Source of the DNA: Phallusia mammillata
Lineage: Eukaryota
Assembly: GCA_965637545.1 (NCBI GenBank)
Contig: OZ281497.1
Coordinates: 28,954,001 to 29,018,000, forward strand
Direction: 5' to 3'
Length of the DNA: 64,000 bases
A program made the translations under genes and the position numbers. Shown piece after piece: positions 1 to 13,634 of this stretch; position 1 is the stretch's first letter, and each line of letters begins with the position of its first letter. Under the pieces are notes generated by a model that saw only the letters and a list, made by a program, of their open reading frames with translations, was not told where the DNA came from and did no database searches.

Positions 1-454
1 GGCGCAAATAAAAACGCCCCAGCGAACAACCTTGTTTGGTTGTTACTATATTGCATGTAATTTCTCGCTTAAAACTTTTCGTTTAAAACCTATAATGCGT
101 GTCACAAATAGTTTTTAATTACCCCACGAATGGTTTTACCGAATAGTTGCCACGTTTTGGATTGCCATACACGCGAAACGTTATTATGCAACCGTTTGGT
201 CATTTTTTCTCCCTTATTATAGAATTTGAATTATTATTTTCAACATTGTCCAAAACCAAAGAGGGAAGCGGCCCACTGGACGACCTCGAACTCGATGGCT
301 CGATCTAGTTGAAAGATTAACTTGGAGTCGTTTGGGACTTCATCAAAATGAAGTGAAAGAAGTGGTGGAAATCGTGAAGTGCGGAGACTCAATCTTGAGC
401 TGCGGCCCCCGCAATTAAGGATTGAGCGGGACAGAAAAGAAATGATAATGACAT

Positions 455-640
455 TGTCCAATGGTGGTAACAGGGATTTTTTTGTTAGCGATTATCACAT
501 TGGTTCATTAGATCATGTAGGAGCAGTTGTTTTGGTAGATTGTTGCATGCTGGTTGTTCTTAGTTTGGTGCATGGTAGTACATTTTTGGAAGTTGTTGGT
601 GTTTGTAGTTGTTGTTGATGGTAATGTAGGGCCTGGTCTT
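455..640 (-). pseudogene. Decayed Thr-rich stalk exon of the lectin-receptor family
   Basis: Minus-strand fragments TLPSTTTT, LPCTKLRTT, QSTKTTAPT, LLPP resemble the LLPSTKPTTTT units at 61284-61682; broken by frameshifts and stops. Confidence 0.45.
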
Positions 641-858
641 CGTTTCTTGACGAAGGTGTTGCGTACAACAGGATTTGCTCAACCAATAATCCAACGTTGC
701 ACTAACAGCTCCAAAAGAAATTTCTGAGGCGGCAAAGTCAAACGTTAGTCAATATTCTACACTAGTTGATAGAACTGCACGTCTCTTTTGATATAAAATT
801 TGCTGGAGGAACTTCAACAGATGAAAACAGGGGCCAAAGTTGGTACCGTCATTTAGTA

Positions 859-1054
859 CAGCGTCGGCAACCGCCGGGGCGCGGCCCGGTACCGTTACGC
901 GACGAGTTCGTTAACGGGCCGTTTAATTTTTTGGGTGAAATGCTTTAAACCATTTTTCCCATGTAATCGCGGGGATAAGAAACTAATTTATGCGTTTTCA
1001 TAACATTTCAGTTTTAAAACCGGTCCACAGTACTAAAAAGGTTGCCGACCTCTG
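859..1054. mobile_element. hAT MITE
   Basis: TIRs CAGCGTCGGCAACC / GGTTGCCGACCTCTG, TSD ATTTAGTA/GTTTAGTA; inverted partial copy at 53735-53895. Confidence 0.82.
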
Positions 1055-2359
1055 GTTTAGTATATTTTGGAACGTTAGGAAGCTCACAAATCTTGAGACT
1101 CCAACCCCAGCTTTTGGTAAGAACACACCAAAATAAGACTTTGGGACGCAGAGCATTTTAGTAGGGGCCGAATTTGCAGGATCAGCAAAATCTGACAGAA
1201 CCTCTGGACTTTTTTCTTGTGGCTCGTACTGGGCTGACACGGCTCAGATTCCCTAGTTCGTGAAATCACTAGATTGTCTTACGAAAATGCTTACGTCTAT
1301 TTTTTCTTGTTTAATTAAGTTGTTCTTAACGTAGGCATGATTTTAACTCTTCAATGTGCTGCATGACATTGTCCACAAGTCTCATTTTCTTAAGGTATAA
1401 AAAGAATAAAAAACCATCACACACGAGTAATAGTTGGTATTAACTTAAAAATTAGCAAATATGCAACGCACGAAAATCTGCTGCAATGAATTGCGCAAAT
1501 CTTTCAAAACTACCGGGTTGTGCAACTTGCAAATGGCCGGGTGGTTTTGAACAAACAGGAAAACGGGTACGTAAATCAGTGCGGGAATAGAGACACTGGA
1601 CATAAATCAATAGTAGTGAATGATGGGGACACATATAAACAAGTAAAATAACACCGTTTGTCACGTTATCCAAAGTTAAAATTGTCTATTTCTTGCTGCT
1701 TATTTAAATCAGTATGCGTACAAACCATGCTATAAAACACGTGGCCGCTTGCTATAAAACACAAGTAGTTGGTTTGGTAAATGGTTACATGCTTGTTGGG
1801 GTTTAGAGGATAGTATTATGGTGGTAAACGTAACAGATGTAACAGATAACGCGTATTTCACTTTGCTTCTTTTTTACAACAGACATTGTGTAAAGCAGTG
1901 AAGTGCCATGTAATATATTGCACGTTGTAACTGTTATACGTATCAGTGAACAGAGATAAACGAAATATGAACACAACATTTCAAACAGTTAAGTAACCCT
2001 GGTTATTGACCATGAGATCATTGTCACCCTGATTGATATTTGCAACGGCGGGAAACCAATGCTCGTATCCCCGCCACGTTTTTGATAAAAAAGAGCTCTG
2101 TGTTTGTTGTTTACAGTGAAATGATGTACATTATTATTCAACATTATTTTAACAAGGTTCCCAGATTGTTGCGTGCCCACGTTACTTTCAGTTTCAAGTT
2201 TTTTTTAAATCAATTAAATGTTTTTACATTTCAAAACAAAATATTTACATTTCAAACCTTTTCAATAAGTCATTTTTTAGTGACACGTGAAGCAAACAAC
2301 CAACGAATACACAAAAAAGAATGTAAAAATGAAACCAAAGTCGATGTAATCATAGGACG

Positions 2360-5316
2360 TCACTCTGTCGTGACGCTGTAGGGATTTTCGTCATCACTTA
2401 ATAATTGTAAAGTGATTGGATTGAATGGCGTATTGACGTAGGTTGGTTGGTCTGCGTAGGTTGGAATTTCTGCAATTTTGTGGATTCCATCTGTTTCAAA
2501 ACAATAACAACTGTGCAAATAGTCACATTTCGTACCAGATTAAAAAGACTCTTTTGTGCTGGTTAAATTTAAAAAATGACCGGCCAAAATGTAATTGTTG
2601 AATTGAGACCTATGTTATTAATTTAAGTACAGATTTAAAATACAGGTTAAAGACTACAAGTATTAAATTGGTACATTGTGTATGATTGACGTAACAAGGA
2701 CTGATGTCATCAGGTTGTTGTTGTAACGTCAAGGGTTGTCCAAAAGTGTTGATGTAGATTGGTTGGTTGGTGTGTGTTTCTATGATCCAAAGATTTTAAT
2801 TGTTTACAAACGCATTTCACACATAGGAAATTCCAAATAAACAATAAACAATACATGAATAAAGTAAAGAATAATAATAATAAAATAATTTTAAAGTGAT
2901 TTATATTTACATCGATTTCGAGCCGGGATTGTGCAACCTTCAACACTGATGGGCAAAATACAATTACTGAGATCGCGAACCACATCCTTGGTTAAATTTA
3001 CGGGTCGGTGTAGCTGCAATGTTAGGTCGCAAAACAAACCCAAAAGCATTGTGCAGAAAACCATTTTCTGCGGAAACAAACATAATGGACTTGTTGCACT
3101 GAGTTTAATAGCTCAGCAGCCAAAACGTTATTAGAAATCTGAAGAACGCTACGGGCCCAAAATCATGTTTTCAAATTTCTGCATTTGGTCTAGGCAGGGT
3201 TTTAGGGACGTAGGGACGGTCATATTTGTCAAAGGTGAGTTTACAATGGAACTACGATTTAAACAAAGGTACTCACCCATGTCATTGTGTTCACTGTCAT
3301 CCGCATTTTCAGCTGACAACTCATTTCTGCGAAGCAAATATTTATTTGTTTCGTTTGCACTGTTTAATGCATGCCTTTATTATATTTTGCTTTTTTCATG
3401 CATGAAGTGCAAGAATACATCAAAGTAAGAACATGTTTACATCCAGAAACAGTTACCTTCTTTTCTTGTGTGACGTAAGAAAGACAATGACGATGCAGAT
3501 TATGACTAACATGACGCATCCGCTTATTGCCGAAGCGACGATGAGTGTGTTAAGTTTCGGTGATGCTGCAAAATATAAAAATGAACATTTAAAAAAAAGT
3601 TAGCTAGCCGTGTTCTTTTACATACGTACAAAACCATGAACCTTGCACTTGTGTCAAAGTTGGCAAACTTTAGGATGCAGTGTTAGCAGCAAATAGTATT
3701 GAAATGATTATTAATCAATATGGAATGAGAATTTGCCGAAACTTTTGAAGAACAAACATGTCGCTTTTTATGTCTGTTTTGGCATTATGTTGTTCTTTTT
3801 TATCCCTAGTTGCTAGAAGCCGCTAAAAAATCTGATGAAACAGACAAGCCAACATATATTTGTGAAAAAACCATAACCCTTAGACAATTCTAATGTCTGA
3901 AATGAAATGTAAAACTTAAGCAGCAAATATAACTAATAAAAGCAAAAGAATAAAGTGAATTACAGGTGTATGCGTGTAGATAGGATTAAAAGGTCGGAAG
4001 TCAAATTTTGATTCATGTTTTGCTTGTAGCCTTCTTCTTGTATACTAATGGACCTAAACTCAGCAGCCGTGTGCTAACTATTGATGAGGCCAATACATCT
4101 GGAGTGGAGAAACAACACAATATTGACCTCACCAATAGATCGCACACGGCAGCTGCTTTCGGAGTCCCTTAGCAACTAATAAACCCAAGATTTTTGAGAA
4201 CTATCTGAAACAAAAAGCTTCTTACCTTGTCTCGTGTAATCAATTGATGTTACCCTCGTGCCGTTAGATTCAATAATTGGTAACGTGGTGTCCAGGATTG
4301 CTTCGGTAAATGGTGATATGTTTTTAGTGGTTTCTTTGGTGATTAGTAACACGGTTGCAGCAGTTGGCCCAAAAACTTGGCGAAACAAATTGTTATGGAC
4401 GTCGCCGTGGTAAGCAAATCATTTGATAAGTGCAAAATGCGGTACAATGTTTTTCTAAAGATTTACACCAACCAACGAATCCAGACTTCCAAAAAAGTTT
4501 ACACAAATTTGAGGCAACTTACCAGGATTAACCCTCTGGCAAATATACCCTGAACCTTTTGATGTACAACTCACATCCATCCATTCGGAACGCGTGTTCA
4601 GCCCAGTGCTTACATAACTTATTACAACACAATTTTCTTGACCGCGAAAGTTATTTGGTTGTCCGCTCGTCCACACGCTCTTCGGAACTGAAACATTACT
4701 TCCATCATTCCACTGAAACTTGTTCGTGTTTCCAATTCTTTTGGCACCAATATATACCCAGTATAATGTTTCTAAAAACAAACAAAAAACATTCCGGTTT
4801 ACTTTATTTTTATGCCATTCTTTTTACAAAAAATATTTATGCACAAGTTGCTAATATGCAGATCTGATCTAGCTATGCTATATTTTTATATTAAAAAATA
4901 GCAAGGAAAACATACAATAAGAAAATAGTTTTTTTTTATTTGAAAAAGAAGATAGTTTGTTAGAGTTGTTGATTGCGCCGATTTACAGATAATAGAAATT
5001 ATGTTATTCTTCATGGTTAAAAATACAAAAAAATATAAAACGTCTTAAAATTTTGTTGCAAATGTCCCAAAAAAGACGAAAAAACTCCAAAGCGAAAACA
5101 ATACCTGATTGGTAAAAAAATTTCTTCAAAAAGTTGGTAATCGCTGTAGTTTTAACGTTGGCTACATTAGCTTGCAACGCAGAACATCCTATCTCTGCTT
5201 CAGCATAAGAATTGACTGGAGTCATTTTGATGGAATAATGAAATCCATTGTAGTTATGCCAAGTTCGGTTTTCAGCAGAAACAGATAAACACGAAAGGAG
5301 TAACCAGCAACGTCAT
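2360..5316 (-). pseudogene. C-type lectin receptor paralog with frameshift in the signal-peptide region (probable pseudogene)
   Basis: Exon 1 at 5105-5316 (the ATG frame hits TGA; the homologous SVSAENRTWH frame is offset). CTLD exon 4523-4771 (QPN, WMD). Stalk ends at donor 4226 with no clear acceptor. TM exon 3457-3565 (SPKLNTLIVASAISGCVMLVIICIVIVFL), 50-nt exon 3277-3326, tail exons about 2610-2779 and 2360-2490. Confidence 0.75.
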
Positions 5317-6489
5317 GTGTTTGTCCCTAAAAATCTGAAAGTCCACAATGTATTACCATAGAATTCGTACACAAATTATAAATCAGTAGTTTCCAACTTT
5401 TATGCTTACAGCAATTAGTATTTCAATGGCGTGCGCATGCGTCAAATACTTCAGTCAGACTGAAACTATCAGTTAATGCAAATAGATAACCCGAACAAAA
5501 AGTAGGTAATTCTAATTGTACATTAAAATATAAAATAACCTTGACAACTACAACATCTTTACAAATTGTACTACTCGAAATTGCCATTCAATGTAATGAA
5601 CTGTGCTGGCTCCTATTGACTTTTCAGAGTATGATTGCCAAGCTATTTTATTCGGCATTTAATCGAATCGATCACGTAGTGGAGAAAAGTTTAAACGATT
5701 CTAAAAGTTCGTCATGTTTTATTTGAATATAATTTAAATATTCTCAAACGCCGCTAAGTTCACACCGTCAATTTGAACTACATTTCATGGAAAACTGTTT
5801 TCGGTCAAAACAATTACAGTGAGTTGTGAGTTTAATTTACAACAACATTTACATTTGCAAATACGACGTTTTTTCCTATGTAATCTCGTTGTTGTGAATC
5901 AAAAACGTGACATGGTCACAGGAAAATATGTATTGCGATAGAGCACCGATAGTTTATAAAATAGCATTTTATAAAAGCATTGATCCAAAACAAGTATGCC
6001 ACAGTGAGTACACACATTATTGCGATAATATCTCCTTTTTCAAAATCTCTCCCAAATTTTAAAACTATTTGACACTTCAAGAGAACGTTGTTTATGTAAC
6101 GGCAGTGTTCGTTATACTGTAAAAAGTCCATGCGCTTGATATTGGTTTAGTTTCGCTAAGTCCGTTATTGGTTCCTAAAAATTTGTTTACAGAATAAATT
6201 TTGTTTCACATCACAGGATTTGACGTCATCAAATGAACTTTGTTATCTTGTAAGTTATCAGGTTTTACTAGTTCATTGTAGATTGGTGGGTTTTCGCTTG
6301 CTTTACAATTTGTTGAATTCCTTCTCCTCTAATTTTGTTACTAAATGGTCACTAACTCATGTTAGGTGTTAAAAAAAGGTTGAACGTTGCGTTTGTATTT
6401 AATTCAAAGTTTATTTTTACTTAGTGGGTGTCGCTAGTATCTTTTCTTTTAGCAAAAGTATTAGTAGATTAAGTAAATTGTACACTGGC

Positions 6490-6655
6490 AATCGATGTTA
6501 GTTGGATTGTTGCCGCTTGCAAGTTGATCTTAGACTTCCACATGTTGAGATAGTTGCAAAGTGTCGTAACTGACTTCATCCAATTGATTGTGATCGTATT
6601 TTCGAACATGTGATTGTTGTCCATTGTCGTGATCCTTTGTTGATTTTTCCACTTT
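6490..6655 (-). pseudogene. Isolated, inverted fragment of the ITIM-tail exon with an in-frame stop
   Basis: Reverse complement reads ...STKDHDNGQQSHVRKYDHNQLDEVSYDTLQLSQHVEV*DQLASGNNPTN, near-identical to about 10075-10220 and 63165-63310. Confidence 0.85.
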
Positions 6656-9299
6656 TATGACCAATTAACCGATGATTGTTTTGCTGTTGTTAAAAAATAA
6701 AAAATAATTTAACGACGACAACACGTTACAAACCGCATCGCATAAACGTAGCCACTGTTGCGTAGCAAACAAACGCCACGTGGTGCCTCTAATGCACTGC
6801 CTTCGTTACGGCTTTGTGAGTGCCACAGACTTGACGCCGACGAATTCTTTGCCCTAATTTGCTCGCCGACGTAAAAACGTTACGCATGCGTTTACATTTT
6901 CGCAAACAGTCAGAACACAAATTTATTTAGGTTTCAATTTGAACCTAAATGTGAATGGACATCCTTTATCAATTACAAACTAACACAGTTCACTAAGTTT
7001 TATGCAAAACTAGCAACGCTATGTTGCAAAACTGTAGGTTTTTCAACAATCGCAACCTTCTTAGAAACATATTAATGTATCATTGCGCTACAAAACAAAT
7101 CCATGCATGCTTCCTACATTTCACCTGCAAACACATCACACGTTTGAAACTTACTCTGTACGACTAAGAATATAAACTGTCGATCAACGCAGTTTACGCT
7201 TACGTGGGAACTGTATGGAGATGACGTCATGGCAATTTCCTTGCCCCGTATGACAGGATTAATTGCTTCACTGTGAAAGCAAAACCAAGTTTACTGCCTT
7301 ATGCGTTTTGGCTGAATGTTGCTAATACAGAATAAATAAACACTTTGCCAAGTATTTTTCCTTTTTAGTAGTTGTTACCCTAGTTGCGTAAATGTCAATT
7401 TGACCATACGGTAAATTAATCGATATAATACTTACCTTTCCTATGCATATTTATGCAGGAGTTCTTTCAGTTGTAATTTTCCTTTTTCAACAACGCAAAG
7501 ACAAACTTAAAGCTAAATTACGATAAAACCAGGAGAAGAATAGGTCATATACTTGATAGTAAAAACATATCAGATAGTTTTTTAACTAAGACAACAGCGG
7601 AATCTATTCAGTCTACCAGATAAAACGAGTTATTAGCGGCACCAAAATCGACCCTGCACCCATTTCAAACATCACAGACCCGAAGTCCATTATTTATATA
7701 TGTATCCATTATTTATATCATCCTTGCGATACACATCCACATATCACTAGTTACGCACTAAAACATAAGAGAAATCGGCAATTGGCATTCACCGATTTTT
7801 TTGATGAAAATAACTGGTAAAGCGTGTGCCTGGCAGCAACAGTTCATTTACAATTCCACATTTTCGATCCATAACGCTTCAAATTACGCAGCTATTTTCG
7901 GACTGGAGGTTAGTGAAACTATGCTGCTACGATATTTACCGATCAAAATTATTAGTTTTAGTTGAATTGTTAGTTTTAGCTAATACTCCCATCTAGTGTG
8001 AACGTATGTATTGATCGAACACATAAGTTTAGATTTTTTCTTAAAAAACGCCACTCTGGATAATTTATTCTTTGCGCCAGAGTTGTAAGTTGACCCAAAA
8101 TCGGGCCTTGATATTAACTGTTCACGCCCTAAAACTTAAGATGCCAGCAGCAATTTGCAAAATCAGTCCGGTACCTTGCGTGATAGACATGTGGTAAACT
8201 TATGCGTGGTAAAAATACGCCTTTACCAGCAACGCGATATTCGCTACAGTTCTAAGTAATTGGAAACTTTATTCCAATCAATAGACTGTTAATAGTTACG
8301 GACCACTAGAAACTCACTATATGAGCGACGGAGACAATAAGTTTCAATAGACTGTACATTTTCATCAGCCTGAAGTCATCCATCGGTGTTTCAGTGAATT
8401 TATAAAGTGAAAGACGTTTTTAACATTGAAATTCGTTTGTTGTCAACATGGCTGACAAAACATCGAAGTTATTTAGTACGCAGGGACGAAGTATCAGCAG
8501 AGTTTGAAACAACAATGCAAATGTCAATACAAGTAAGAATATTTGTCAGAAAATTTAGTCAGAAGACTTTCTTGTGAGCTTCTATCACATAAAGCGCGTT
8601 TATTCATGACTCCAATTGTACCACACCACTGTTAACGCTCTTTAACGTTTCAACGTTGTGTATTTATGGCTTTGTGACATTTAGTGCAAACGTATCACAA
8701 TGTGTTCTCTCGCCAAGCGAAACTCAAAATAATGAGCTTCCTGGAAGTTTGATGCTTTGTTTTGACGAGTTTGTTAATTTTATTATTGGATTTAATTGTA
8801 CGGCATCTTGTTATTCCAGTGGTGACTTAATCCAAGAACTTTAAACAGCAAGAGAACGTCGGATCGCACAATCACGCCTGTAGAAATGGATTTCACTGCA
8901 AACTAAACTACTTTTAAACTAGAGGAAAGCACCAGGTTATAGAAGCAAACAACAACTCACCAACCTATGTCAACAACAACACGTCATGACAAGGAAAATG
9001 CGTTGACGTCATCTAGATACTTCCTTGTTGCTGCTTATGTGTGGAAAGTCATCAAGTAGTTTATTTTCCTTGTAGTATCAGTTATTTAGACAGCTTATAT
9101 TTAAGTTACAAGTGAGAGTCTGTGCTAACATTTACTTCAAATAATCACGACAAAAGTATTTCTTGAACTGTTTGCGATCCAAATTTTGCAAGAAAATCCT
9201 CGTACACATGTAAGCTACGCGGAAGATCAGCTTTCAAGTCCGACAGCAAGCAAGAAGCAAACAAGCAGAACTTAAAAAAAATTATTTTTTAATTTGCAG

Positions 9300-10277
9300 T
9301 TCCACCGAAACTCAACACAGTCATCATTGCTTCAGCAGTATGCGGATGCGTCATATTAGTCATAGTCTACATTGTCACTTTCTTTGTTACGTCACGCAAC
9401 ACAAGAAGGTAACTGCAGAACGTGTCTATAGCTAATTTACAAATTAAAATAAAAGAAAAACGATGTCATCCAAACAAGTCTCTAAATTAAAAACAATCTA
9501 TGATTTTGTGATTTTAAATCCTTTTGACTCGCAATCAGTAACATGTGCTGATATGTTGTTGCCTTTCACTCTTTGAGAAAATAATACCTCTTTCACGTTT
9601 GTAGGAGAAACAAATCGATGAACGAAGTAGTAGTGATTGAATACAATTCAAGGGGTAGGAAATATATACTGGCTGCTTATAACAATCACCGCGATTTGTT
9701 TCTTTAAAAACAGTTCAAATTTACAACACAAAAGTTTTTACACGTTTTAATCTTTTAAAATATAGAAATTTTGTATCAATATTTTATGATCAGTTTCAAG
9801 ACATAAATATTCAATTTACCAACGACAAATGTTTTGGCAAGATAGTCATGATTGTGTTACACAGATGACGAATTCGAGCCCGAAGATACGTACAACATTC
9901 CTCAAATTGAAGAAAACAGTTTCACCAACCATTCAAGACAACCTTCCTCACGTCACCAAAACGATAAAGTCAATCATTATGACGCAATCCAGGAACCACG
10001 CCATGAAACCATTGCGGAGTCAACGGCGGGAAGTAGGGATGTCTATGCTCAGGTCAGAAAATTAAAACAATCAACAAAGGTTCACGACAATGGACAACAA
10101 CCACATGTTCGAAAATACGATCACAATCAATTGGATGAAATCAGTTACGACACTTTGCAACTATCTCATCATGTGGAAGTCGACGATCAATTTGCAAGCG
10201 GCAGCAATCCAACTAATATCTATGATAATAAACACGGGTTTAATGTCGAATCGGATTCAGCCTACGATGAATTATGA
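9300..10277 (+). CDS. 3' part of a receptor of the same family: TM exon, juxtamembrane exon and multi-tyrosine/ITIM tail; ectodomain not identified
   Basis: Exons 9300-9408 (PPKLNTVIIASAVCGCVILVIVYIVTFFV), 9605-9654 and 9865-10277 are phase-compatible and match paralog exon sizes (109 and 50 nt). The tail has ISYDTL and SAYDEL. Confidence 0.75.
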
Positions 10278-10455
10278 CGTGACAAATAAGCAAAACAAAT
10301 AACTTTTTCCCCAATTGCATCGTTTGCTTAAACATATTATTTCTGCGAAACTTACCAATATATCCAGTATACAACCGTAACGTGCTTTTTTGGGTTATTA
10401 TCGCTTAACTGTCATTTCAAAATGTCGATTACTTTATTTTTTGGTTATTACACAT

Positions 10456-10570
10456 CCTTTTTCTTTCACGGGCTTCGAACCCAGGCCTCTCCCGGGGACG
10501 AATCCCGATCAGGGTTTTTATGTCTGTATGTGGGTCAGGCGCGCCGGACCATTCGGCCAAGTTCCTGCCC
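10456..10570 (-). mobile_element. tRNA-derived SINE copy
   Basis: Reverse complement nearly identical to 46229-46336. Confidence 0.75.
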
Positions 10571-13496
10571 GTTATTACATATCCTGCTGGGTCGTATATT
10601 TCGTTCTTAGTATGGCGACCTCTTGCATGTTTGCATTCGTGTTGACCAAAGCGTTGGTTTTGTCTTTTCTGGACCTGTCGTTGTCGCCTTATAATCGCGT
10701 TTTTATTGTTGCTCGGTCTCATTATTGAACTGCTGATATATAAACCACCAGCTTTATTACCTGGCGGCGACAAGATAACACGCTTATCGGACGTCCGTCA
10801 CAATGTTGAGGCGTGGAGGGGCCTCTACATACAGAAAAAAAAAACTTTATTAGCATAATTTACCAAAGTAAATTTCTAAGCATGCATTAACTGAAGTGTC
10901 TATTTTTAATGTATGTTCGCGTATTGTTGTAAATTTGTAAGTTTAGTTTAATTTAAATTCTGTCCTGTTTGTACTTGACACGTACTTCGGGCCTTGCTAC
11001 AGTACGTTTTAGTTAAATTTCTCCATGCTATGTGTCAGTGGTTTAATTTTTTTTTGTACCATGAGCAAAAGTTTTCGGTCAAATACAAATGTAACTACAT
11101 AGTCACCGTCGAACGGTTAAGTAAAACAGCTAGGACAACGAAAAAACATGGGAGATCAAGTGTCCTGTTTTTTTTTCAAATGATGCTTGAATTCTGTGTT
11201 CAGGGTTTGTTCTGCCGTAGGAACGCACCGGCCGCAAGAACCCGGCGGGGGACAACCTGTTGCATATAACTGTTCCGCTGGTTCTGCTGTCCAAATGAAA
11301 CTCGTCTTACCGGAGACACGAACGCGGTTTCTCGAAACGTCTTGTGTGATCCGGTACAAGCAGACTAAGGTATCCCGAGGACAGTCCTTGACAAAGATGG
11401 GAAGTTGCTGTCGCGACGAAGCATAAAATCGATGGTGGGATATCAGATGGTAGTTCGCAGTTGAAAGTGCTGCTATCTCCTTGTGCTTGTTGGTTGATCT
11501 GAAAAGTTACATCATAGGGCAATATTTTGTTCTTTGGTGCATATAAATAAACGAGAACTCAAAAGGGACTTGATAATTCAATTCTTCTCATACTTTTGGA
11601 CCTTGAGATTTTTATTCGATTGCGGGGCTAATGCGGGGATGGAAATAGTTGAACCTTTTAGGACCCCTGATCTTGTGATTGTTACCTGATGTAACGAGCG
11701 TAAACTGAGTGCTGTATGTGAAAGGTACTGCGCCAGAATGAAAGACCTAAATAATATATTGAGGTAGCGCGTCATCGATAGGTGCTGTGAGTGATAGCCG
11801 GCAAGATTGTGATATGTTTGTTGTTGCGAAGGTGTGACAAATATTTGGGAAAGACTTTTCTACCAAGTATTTATGTAGTTTATATGTAACCACGATTCGG
11901 CATAATCTCCGAGGCAATTTGTATGCGTCGATCGCTGTATTTGCTGCGACATTATAGAACCTTGCGTGTGTTTGAGTGCTTGAGAGGACAAAACAACCAG
12001 AGAGAAGCCAGCGCCCAAACAATAGTTACGTTATTTTACCCGTGTTACGCAAAAATTGGCTGTGCCACATCCAGTTATCAACTTAGGTATGTTCCTTGTT
12101 TTCGTTTACTTGTTGCAGAAAATACTGAACAGGCGTTTCGTTCACCAGGTTGCATATTTAATAAATTATTTCGTTCAACTGGTGTAATTCTAAACAAAAT
12201 ACTAGTTGTTGTATTAAATACTAATACTAGTTGGATGAAACGTCAGCAAAAATACAAGTTTTTGAATACAACAACTAGTATTTTGTTTAGAATTATACCA
12301 GTTGAACGAAATAATTTATTAAATACTTGTTGCAGGTCGGCCAAAAGATTACATAAGCACGTGTCAACCGCGAAAAGTTTATTGTGAACCTGTATGCCGT
12401 TGGTACGTCATGTATGTAAAAACATCAACAATATACTAAATCACGTACTGCATGCATCCTTTTTTGTTAGAAAGTCAGGGCGTGGAATAATCTTAAGAGG
12501 AACTGTAAACTGTTATCATTTCTAACTTAATATAATGATGCCGCAGAGAAACACAACATTTTGTAAAAAGTATCTGAGATTTGCTGCATTATAAGCTAGC
12601 ATTTTTTTTCAAACGCCCCAAAGTTAACACATGAAATAGAACTTTTAAAATTACCTGCAAGAGTTACAAGATGGGATATTGTTTCATCAGACAAACATTG
12701 CACGTGTACAGCTGGCATTACCACAACAGTTCATGTGCTTGATCAAAATCACTTCAGATAAGATGAAGTCATGACCCCAAATTCACACAAGATTTGCAAT
12801 TAAACATCAATAAAGCTTTATTTTGCCTTAACTGGGCTTTAGTCCCACCAAGCGGCAAATTTGTATGTAAATGAACTTACTTTGCGTCGTCACACATTAA
12901 TACGCGCATAAAAACGAACATGAATTGTACCACGCTGCAAATTTGTGTAATTTTGAAACATGTTTCTTTTAATTATGTTGGAAACAGTTATTTCGCTTAA
13001 ACGTGAAGCGTTTTGGCAGCAATATAGCCTATCAATGTAATATTCCATACACAACAAGAATGTCTCACAACAATAATAATGTAATTATCATAAATTTGCA
13101 ACGAAACTATAATATTTTTTGAAAATAAGTTGCTGTGTTGTTTGGTTTTGAGACGGTACGAATCATTTACTCTATTCGAATTTGACTTAAGTCAATCTAG
13201 TGGCAAATTGGAGTTAATCCGACTTCCACTTCTTCAGAAAATTAATGTAATTTGAAAATCGAAACAGAGCTAAGTTGAGTATACAATAAGAACAAACGGT
13301 AAAACTCAAATGAATAAGTTGATTTGTTAACTTTGAGATTAGCACCAAGAGTAAAGTCTCTGTTTGACTATTCGGCTGTTAACTTACGCAGTGAAGCAAA
13401 TTACTGTGTACCCCTTGAACTGTATTTCTACACCTTTGTTTTAAAGGTAAACTTGACAGGTTAATAATTGTTAATGTTTGTGGGTTTATATCATAT

Positions 13497-13634
13497 TGTA
13501 ACGACCTTGTAATTCTCTACATGCATAGGACGCGAAGCGAACTTTTTTTATTATCACGTGGTGTTTTTTATGTGCGGTGTTGTGGCTCTCGCGTCATTCG
13601 ATTGACATGTTCAAATAAAGTGTACGTCGCCTCA
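13497..13634 (+). mobile_element. Solo LTR of the same Gypsy family
   Basis: TG...CA-bounded 138-bp copy of the 30570/33933 LTRs, flanked by 4-bp TSD ATAT. Confidence 0.93.

Noticed and set aside
7770-8200. Possible CUB-like remnants (GNWHSP..CAW) as ectodomain of the 9300-10277 receptor
   Set aside because: Motif spacing is off and there are no consistent splice sites; too weak without an HMM search.
11150-12060. GC-richer stretch with several ORFs and exon-like GT/AG sites on the minus strand
   Set aside because: I could not assemble a phase-consistent model or recognise any domain; left unannotated.
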